This document shows positions 26,345 through 32,000 of a stretch of 32,000 nucleotides of DNA, one piece after another; the first letter of the stretch is position 1; every line of letters starts with the position of its first letter. The notes beneath the pieces are model-generated. The model was not told the DNA's origin. It did no database searches and saw nothing but the letters and a program-made list of their open reading frames with translations. Both the position numbers and the translations under genes were made by a program. Source of the stretch: Sinorhizobium meliloti (GTDB lineage: Bacteria; Pseudomonadota; Alphaproteobacteria; Rhizobiales; Rhizobiaceae); the NCBI RefSeq assembly GCF_017876815.1, contig NZ_JAGIOS010000001.1, positions 3,840,001 to 3,872,000 of the forward strand. Reading direction: 5' to 3'.

Positions 26345-27550
26345 TCAGCTATCTCTCTCGTAATCCTCGAAAATATCGTCGCCATAGCGCGCCGTGCGGC
26401 GAAGCGTGAAGCCCTCCGGCACCGACGTCCTTTGAAATGGGGATGAAATACCACCTTCGCCAATGGCTGCCGGACCGGTGAAAAGCAGGATTCGATCCAC
26501 CAGATCCGCATCGAGAAAGGAACGCGCCGCTCTGGCCCCACCCTCCACGAGCAGGGAGGAGATGCCCCGGGATGCAAGTGCGGCCAGGAGGTCTGGGATG
26601 GTATCGGCGCTCAGCAGCTCGGCCCCCGCAGCTTCGAGGGCTCCTCGACGGGCGTCGTAATCGGTCCCTGCCTCCGCGAGCGGAGAGAGGACTGGTTCTC
26701 GGGTCGAACCCGAGGAGAGGGGCAAACTGCTCTGCCCCTCATCCGCCCTTCGGGCACCTGCTCCCTGCTCGTGGGAAGAAGGATAGCCCGCGTCTCCCGT
26801 TACGACGATCAGCGGAACGTCGCGCGCAGTGCGGACCAATTTCGACTCGAGCGGCAGATCGAGGCGGCGGTCGAGCACGATCCGGACCGGAGAGCGCTCC
26901 TCCAGCCCTGGCATCCGCACCGTAAGTTCCGGATCGTCGGCAATGGCCGTACCGATACCGACGAGGATCGCGTCCGTCTCGGCACGCAACACCTGCACCT
27001 GGGCGCGAGAGACGGCACCGGAAATCCTCACCTGCCCCTCGCCTCTCCGTCCGATCATGCCGTCCGCGGAAACCGCAAGTTTCAGAGTCACATGCGGGCG
27101 TTTCTTGCGCTGACGCATGAGGTAGGCCTCGAGCACACGCCCGCCCTCTTCATGGAGCGTGCCTATGTCGACGTCAATGCCGGCGCCGCGAAGCATCACC
27201 ACGCCGCGGCCGGCAACGCGTTCATCGGGATCGAGGATGGAAACGACGACACGGCCGACCCCCGAGGCGATCAGCGCATCTGCGCAGGGCGGGGTCTTGC
27301 CATGATGCGAGCAGGGTTCGAGGGCGACATAGGCGGTCGCTCCCCTCGCCTTTTCGCCCGCCTCCGCAAGCGCCTGCGTTTCCGCGTGCGGTCGCCCGCC
27401 CGGAGCGGTCACGGCTCGGCCGACGATCGTGCCCTTGTTGACGATGATGCAGCCGACCGAGGGATTGGTGGAAGTCAGGCCGAGATTGCGCCTTGCAAGC
27501 CGCAGCGCCGCCGCCATGAAACGTTCGTCTTCACGTGCCGGCTCGCCCAT
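26345..27550 (-). CDS. ribD: bifunctional diaminohydroxyphosphoribosylaminopyrimidine deaminase / 5-amino-6-(5-phosphoribosylamino)uracil reductase
   Basis: Deaminase zinc motifs (HAETQAL...EPCSHHGKTPPC) and a reductase domain (LKLAVSADG...VEGGARAARSF). GGAGAA lies upstream of ATG 27550. The reductase half contains an extra low-complexity segment. Confidence 0.93.
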   Translation of the reverse strand: MGEPAREDERFMAAALRLARRNLGLTSTNPSVGCIIVNKGTIVGRAVTAPGGRPHAETQALAEAGEKARGATAYVALEPCSHHGKTPPCADALIASGVGRVVVSILDPDERVAGRGVVMLRGAGIDVDIGTLHEEGGRVLEAYLMRQRKKRPHVTLKLAVSADGMIGRRGEGQVRISGAVSRAQVQVLRAETDAILVGIGTAIADDPELTVRMPGLEERSPVRIVLDRRLDLPLESKLVRTARDVPLIVVTGDAGYPSSHEQGAGARRADEGQSSLPLSSGSTREPVLSPLAEAGTDYDARRGALEAAGAELLSADTIPDLLAALASRGISSLLVEGGARAARSFLDADLVDRILLFTGPAAIGEGGISSPFQRTSVPEGFTLRRTARYGDDIFEDYERDS

Positions 27551-27567
27551 ACCGCTTGTTCTCCGGG

Positions 27568-28041
27568 TTATTCGCCCGGATCGCGGGCAATCTTGGCGCT
27601 TATCTCGGCGATCACCTTTTCGAAATCCTCCGCATGGGAGAAATCGCGATAGACCGACGCGTAGCGCACGAAGGCAACGTCGTCGAGGCTCTTCAACGCC
27701 TCGAGCACCTGAAGGCCGATTTCCTCCGAGGGAATTTCGGTTTCGCCCGAGCTTTCGAGCCGGCGGACGATGCCCGACACCGCCCGTTCGATCCGGTCGC
27801 GATCCACCGGGCGCTTGCGAAGCGCGATCTCGAAGGAGCGCAGCAGCTTATCCCGGTCGAAAGGAACCTTCCGACCGGTCTTCTTGATGATCATCAGCTC
27901 ACGCAGCTGCACCCGCTCGAAGGTCGTGAAGCGGCCGCCGCAATCCGGGCAGATGCGGCGGCGGCGAATGGCGTTCCCGTCCTCCGCCGGACGGGAATCC
28001 TTCACCTGACTGTCTTCGGAACCGCAATAGGGGCAGCGCAT
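27568..28041 (-). CDS. nrdR: transcriptional repressor NrdR
   Basis: Zinc ribbon [17 protein letters not shown]...[12 protein letters not shown] followed by an ATP-cone. Confidence 0.95.
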   Translation of the reverse strand: MRCPYCGSEDSQVKDSRPAEDGNAIRRRRICPDCGGRFTTFERVQLRELMIIKKTGRKVPFDRDKLLRSFEIALRKRPVDRDRIERAVSGIVRRLESSGETEIPSEEIGLQVLEALKSLDDVAFVRYASVYRDFSHAEDFEKVIAEISAKIARDPGE

Positions 28042-28053
28042 GCAGCCGTCCGA

Positions 28054-29349
28054 TCACATATAGCCGTACATCGGGAAGCGGTCGGTGAGCTTGATCACCT
28101 TCTCGCGCACGCCAGCCTCGACAGCGGCATTGCCCTCGTCGGAATTGGCGGCCTTGAGACCGTCGAGCACCTCGACGATCAGTTCGCCGACCTCCTTGAA
28201 CTCCGCCTCCTTGAAGCCGCGCGTCGTACCGGCCGGTGCACCGAGGCGCACGCCGGAGGTGACGAAGGGCTTTTCGGGGTCGAAGGGAATGCCGTTCTTG
28301 TTGCAGGTGACGTAGGCACGGCCGAGAGCAGCTTCGGCACGCTTGCCGGTCGCATTCTTCTTGCGCAGGTCGACCAGCATCAGGTGGTTGTCGGTACCGC
28401 CCGAGACGATGTCCAGGCCGTTGGCCTTCAAGGTTTCGGCAAGGGTGCGGGCGTTCTTGACGACCTGGGCCGCATAATCCTTGAAGGAGGGCTGCAGCGC
28501 CTCGCCAAGCGCGACGGCCTTGGCGGCAATCACGTGCATCAGCGGCCCACCCTGGAGACCGGGGAATACGGCGGAGTTGATCTTCTTGGCGATTTCCTCG
28601 TCATTGGTGAGGATCATGCCGCCGCGGGGGCCGCGCAGGGACTTGTGCGTGGTCGTCGTCGCAACGTGGCAGTGCGGGAACGGCGACGGATGCTGGCCAC
28701 CGGCCACGAGACCGGCGATGTGGGCCATGTCGACCATCAGCCACGCGCCCACCTCGTCGGCGATCTCGCGGAAGCGCTTCCAGTCCCAGATGCGGGAATA
28801 GGCCGTTCCGCCGGCGATGATCAGTTTCGGCTTCTGCTCGCGCGCCTTCCTGGCGACTTCGTCCATGTCGAGAAGGTGATCGTCTTCGCGCACGCCGTAG
28901 GAAACGACGTTGAACCATTTGCCCGACATGTTCACCGGGGACCCATGGGTCAGGTGGCCGCCGGAATTGAGGTCGAGGCCCATGAAGGTGTCGCCCGGCT
29001 GCAGCAGCGCCAGGAAGACCGCCTGGTTCATCTGGGAGCCCGAATTCGGTTGCACGTTCGCGAAGTTGACGCCGAAGAGCTTCTTGGCGCGCTCGATCGC
29101 GAGTGCCTCGGCGATATCGACATATTGGCAGCCGCCGTAATAGCGCTTGCCCGGGTAACCCTCGGCGTATTTGTTGGTCATGATCGAGCCCTGCGCCTCG
29201 AGCACGGCCCGTGAAACGATGTTCTCGGAGGCGATCAGCTCGATCTCATGGCGCTGGCGGCCCAGCTCCTTCTCGATCGCACCGAAGATTTCCGGATCGC
29301 TGTCGGCGAGAGAGCGGGTGAAGAAAGCGTCGTTGGTCTGTGAAAGCAT
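28054..29349 (-). CDS. glyA: serine hydroxymethyltransferase
   Basis: 431 aa with the PLP-lysine motif ([16 protein letters not shown]) and the N-terminal [11 protein letters not shown] motif. Confidence 0.96.
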   Translation of the reverse strand: MLSQTNDAFFTRSLADSDPEIFGAIEKELGRQRHEIELIASENIVSRAVLEAQGSIMTNKYAEGYPGKRYYGGCQYVDIAEALAIERAKKLFGVNFANVQPNSGSQMNQAVFLALLQPGDTFMGLDLNSGGHLTHGSPVNMSGKWFNVVSYGVREDDHLLDMDEVARKAREQKPKLIIAGGTAYSRIWDWKRFREIADEVGAWLMVDMAHIAGLVAGGQHPSPFPHCHVATTTTHKSLRGPRGGMILTNDEEIAKKINSAVFPGLQGGPLMHVIAAKAVALGEALQPSFKDYAAQVVKNARTLAETLKANGLDIVSGGTDNHLMLVDLRKKNATGKRAEAALGRAYVTCNKNGIPFDPEKPFVTSGVRLGAPAGTTRGFKEAEFKEVGELIVEVLDGLKAANSDEGNAAVEAGVREKVIKLTDRFPMYGYM

Positions 29350-29476
29350 CGGCTCGAGGCTCCTCTGAAGGGTGGCTGTTCTTTAGCTTCCTCGCACGCG
29401 GAGAGCAATATCCGCTATGCGGATTGCGTCATTTCCGCCATCCGCCGCGCCGGGTTCGCAGAGCCGCCTCCAATTG

Positions 29477-29506
29477 AAAAAGCCGCGCGTTCGATGAACG
29501 CGCGGC
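29477..29506 (-). terminator. rho-independent terminator downstream of the L,D-transpeptidase gene
   Basis: The minus strand reads GCCGCGCGTTC-ATC-GAACGCGCGGC followed by TTTTTCAATT. Confidence 0.85.
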
Positions 29507-29533
29507 CTCTGATGAGGAATGCGGCATTTTTGC

Positions 29534-30865
29534 CTATTGCGGCAGGGCGTCGGCGTCGATGGGACCGGCTGACTGCTCGATCCCCGTCGTCGTTTGCAGC
29601 GCGAGTTCGGCCGCACCGTCGCGCTGGTAGATGTCGTCGCGGAACTGGACGACCCGGTCTTTTGCCGACCAGGCGGTGATATAGGTGAAGTAGACCGGGA
29701 CCTCTTCGGCAAGCTTGATCGGCGTGTTGACGCCGGACTTGATCGTCGCCTCGATCTGCTGACGCGCCCAGCCTGGAGTTTCCTTGAGCAGCCAGGTGGA
29801 GAGGTCGCGCACGTTCTGAACGCGCACGCAGCCGGACGATTCGAAGCGCATCAGCTTGTTGAACAGGCCCTGCTGCGGTGTGTCGTGCATGTAGACGGCA
29901 TGCTCGTTGTGGAAGTTGATCTTCGTCGAGGACATCGCGTTGATCTTGCCGGGATCCTGGCGGAACATCAGATTCGGCGCCTTCTCGGCCTGCCAGTCGA
30001 TCGTTTCCGGCGACACTTCGTTGCCGTTGCCGTCGAGAAGGCGGATCGCGTTGCGCGCGAGATAGGTCGGATCCTTGCGCATCAGCGGCATGATGTCCTT
30101 CTGGATGATCGAGCGCGGCGCCGTCCAGTAGGGGTTGAGGATGACCTCGTAAATCTTTGAATTGAGGATCGGCGACTGGCGGTCGATCTTGCCGACGATG
30201 GCCGTATGGCGCAGCGCGACGCGGCCGTTCTCCACTGCCTCGATATAGGCCGCAGGAATGTTGACCATGACGTAGCGCCGGCCGAGGTCGCCCGACATCG
30301 ACTGAAGCCGCACCAGGTTTGTCTCGAGCTGGGCGAGCCGGGTCGAGGCGTCGACGTTCATGGCCTTCAGGGAATACTCGCCGATCACGCCGTCCGCCGG
30401 AAGGCCATGGCGCGCCTGGAAGCGCTTGACGGCGCCGTCGACATAGGAGTCGAAGGAAGAGGAAATGCCAGCGGACTGCGGCAGATCGCCGGAGATCATC
30501 AGCCGCTGACGCAACTGCTGGACGGAAGGATCGGTAACGCCGATTTCGAGCCTTTGGGTGCTCGCAGGCGTGACCATCGGCCAGCCTCCGGCGGATGCGA
30601 TCTGCTGATAATCGAAGATCGCCTGCTGCAGATGTGCGATCGTTTCGGGGCCGAAAACCGGCGTGTTGGAGAGGACCGCCGTAGCCGTACGCGAAGCCTT
30701 TGCGTCGAACTGGTCGTCCCAGGAGCCGCGACGCGGCGAATTGATGATTTCGTTCAGCGCATCCTGAGCGCCGGCAGCACCCGCCCATGCGGCGGCACCG
30801 AAGGTTGCGGCCGAGCGCAGAAATGCGCGGCGCGAGAAAGCATCAATTCCGTTCTTTTTCGACAT
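29534..30865 (-). CDS. ldtP: L,D-transpeptidase with peptidoglycan-binding domain (YkuD family)
   Basis: Tat-type signal (SRRAFLRSAATFGAAAWAGAAGAQ), a PG_binding_1 segment (AVKRFQARHGLPADGVIG) and the YkuD catalytic motif (HDTPQQ...SSGCVRV). The symbol comes from synteny with the MarR gene upstream and glyA downstream, as I recall for the Liberibacter/Sinorhizobium ldtR-ldtP pair. Confidence 0.85.
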   Translation of the reverse strand: MSKKNGIDAFSRRAFLRSAATFGAAAWAGAAGAQDALNEIINSPRRGSWDDQFDAKASRTATAVLSNTPVFGPETIAHLQQAIFDYQQIASAGGWPMVTPASTQRLEIGVTDPSVQQLRQRLMISGDLPQSAGISSSFDSYVDGAVKRFQARHGLPADGVIGEYSLKAMNVDASTRLAQLETNLVRLQSMSGDLGRRYVMVNIPAAYIEAVENGRVALRHTAIVGKIDRQSPILNSKIYEVILNPYWTAPRSIIQKDIMPLMRKDPTYLARNAIRLLDGNGNEVSPETIDWQAEKAPNLMFRQDPGKINAMSSTKINFHNEHAVYMHDTPQQGLFNKLMRFESSGCVRVQNVRDLSTWLLKETPGWARQQIEATIKSGVNTPIKLAEEVPVYFTYITAWSAKDRVVQFRDDIYQRDGAAELALQTTTGIEQSAGPIDADALPQ

Positions 30866-31220
30866 AGTCCCACCGTCTCAATGCGCCAGAAGCGCGCTGC
30901 CCGAGCCCTAAAGCGCATAACGCGATGCGCTTTACGTCTTTGCATTCATGCAAGTCGCGTCCCAAAACCGATGTGCGCTTTTGGGCGACATGCATTAGCA
31001 CGGTCATGGTTAACAAAGGTAAACCCCCGTGCCACCCGGCCCTCAAATCGCTTCACGTTCCCGCGAACAGAGCCGCCCCGGCAGGCGAGCCGCGCAACCG
31101 ACCTCCGCCATATGGACGTAATCGCGCACCTACCGCACCCAAGCGTCGCTGTCACAGCAATATGGCCAATTCGTGTCTGCGCGCCGCCGGCGGGGCGCAG
31201 CGCTGCAACTACATGGCGCG

Positions 31221-31262
31221 AAAAGCAGCAAAGGTCGGACACGCAGGGATTGCGCCCGACCC
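31221..31262 (-). terminator. candidate intrinsic terminator after the MarR gene
   Basis: The minus strand reads GGTCGG-GCGCA-ATCCC-TGCGT-GT-CCGACC followed by TTTGCTGCTTTTCG. The stem is imperfect. Confidence 0.45.
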
Positions 31263-31289
31263 TTGAGACTGAAGGTAAACCCGCCCCGA

Positions 31290-31802
31290 TTAGAGGCGAT
31301 AGAGGATTTGATCGTTCCAGAAGCGGTCGAGACGCTGCAGGAGCTTGTTCATCTGGGTGAACTCGTCGCTGCCGATCCCGCCGACCTTCTGGATCGAACC
31401 GATATGGCGCTCATAGAGCTTGGCGACAGTTTCGGCGATCTCCTGCCCCTCTTCCGTAAGGCTGATGCGGACCGAACGGCGGTCGACACGGGAGCGCTGG
31501 TGGTTGATCAGGCCGAGATCGACGAGTTTCTTGACGTTGTAGGAAACGTTCGAGCCCAGATAGTAACCGCGGGAGCGAAGTTCGCCGGCAGTCAGTTCGG
31601 AGTTTCCGATATTGAAGAGCAGGAGCGCCTGGACGGCATTGACGTCGCTGCGGCCCTGACGATCGAACTCGTCCTTGATGACGTCGAGCAGGCGGCGATG
31701 CAGGCGCTCGACGAGGTGGAGGGATTCCATGTAGAGACCACGGATGGTTTCTTCCTGCGGGTCTCTGGGCGCAACAACCTGCGGCTTCATCTTGGTGTTC
31801 AT
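31290..31802 (-). CDS. ldtR: MarR family transcriptional regulator (LdtR-like)
   Basis: 170 aa with a winged helix-turn-helix (ELTAGELRSRGYYLGSNVSYNVKKLVDLGLINHQRSRVDRRSVRISLTEEG). Its position directly upstream of the L,D-transpeptidase gene matches the described LdtR/LdtP arrangement. Confidence 0.8.
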   Translation of the reverse strand: MNTKMKPQVVAPRDPQEETIRGLYMESLHLVERLHRRLLDVIKDEFDRQGRSDVNAVQALLLFNIGNSELTAGELRSRGYYLGSNVSYNVKKLVDLGLINHQRSRVDRRSVRISLTEEGQEIAETVAKLYERHIGSIQKVGGIGSDEFTQMNKLLQRLDRFWNDQILYRL

Positions 31803-31932
31803 TTTCGTGCCTCACTGTTTCGTTTGGCGGTGTCTCTTTGTCTTCCCGCCTTGAGTGAGACCCTATCGAATACGTATAAAATTCTACTTAAACCGCAGCC
31901 TTAACATGAACTTACCGCGGACCGAGCCTGTC

Positions 31933-32000
31933 TCAGGGTGAATCAACCCTTACCTTCCGCACCTGGCGCAGTCGCTGATAGAGCAGCGCGGCCCGGAAAA
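31933..32000 (-). CDS. possible 3' end of an unidentified gene running in from beyond the window
   Basis: One minus-strand frame is open from the window edge to TGA at 31933-31935 (...FRAALLYQRLRQVRKVRVDSP*) with GC-rich third positions. Only 21 codons are visible, so support is weak. Confidence 0.25.
   Translation of the reverse strand, partial: FRAALLYQRLRQVRKVRVDSP

Noticed and set aside
29350-29476. A riboswitch (ZTP/pfl or other one-carbon-related type) in the glyA 5' leader.
   Set aside because: No CCGCCTGGGC-type pseudoknot element or other motif I recognise is present. The region is GC-rich with ordinary weak hairpins.

Overview
This is a high-GC alphaproteobacterial chromosome segment. 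Gene content and order look Rhizobiaceae, Sinorhizobium/Ensifer-like; that is my inference, since no search was possible. Most of the window is core housekeeping.

Layout from left to right:
(1) 1-1078: the tail of a metallophosphoesterase gene and a Vat-type hexapeptide acetyltransferase.
(2) 1360-10817: a Wzy-dependent surface-polysaccharide locus. It holds a CelD/FemAB-like acyltransferase, an ExoP-like co-polymerase, a short Wza-like lipoprotein, a GT4, a WbaP-type priming transferase, an O-antigen-ligase/Wzy-like protein and a second GT4. It resembles the unipolar-polysaccharide (upp) / holdfast type of cluster.
(3) 10832-13354: a 2.4 kb patchy, lower-GC islet next to tRNA-Pro(GGG). It is bounded by a degenerate copy of the tRNA 3' half, carries a tyrosine-integrase C-terminal remnant, and encodes only tiny ORFs. 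One of these is a Tat-signal, Gly/Lys-rich tandem-repeat microprotein.
(4) 13536-21169: merR-family regulator, ihfA, fabH, plsX, yceD, a Cbp3-like chaperone, bamE and hppA.
(5) 21370-29349: the ribH-nusB-MFS operon, a cupin, a GNAT, a small exported protein, then ribE-ribD-nrdR-glyA.
(6) 29534-31802: the ldtP/ldtR (L,D-transpeptidase / MarR) pair, separated by a long structured spacer.

I saw no CRISPR array, rRNA, intact transposase or recognisable defence system. The many long ORFs lying antisense to recognised genes are GC-rich shadow frames.

The most unusual material is the tRNA-Pro islet with its microproteins, the polysaccharide locus with a degenerate kinase domain, a hairpin-rich in-frame insert in ribD, and an MFS gene packed tightly after ribH-nusB. 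All functional calls come from motif recognition by eye. No database search was run.
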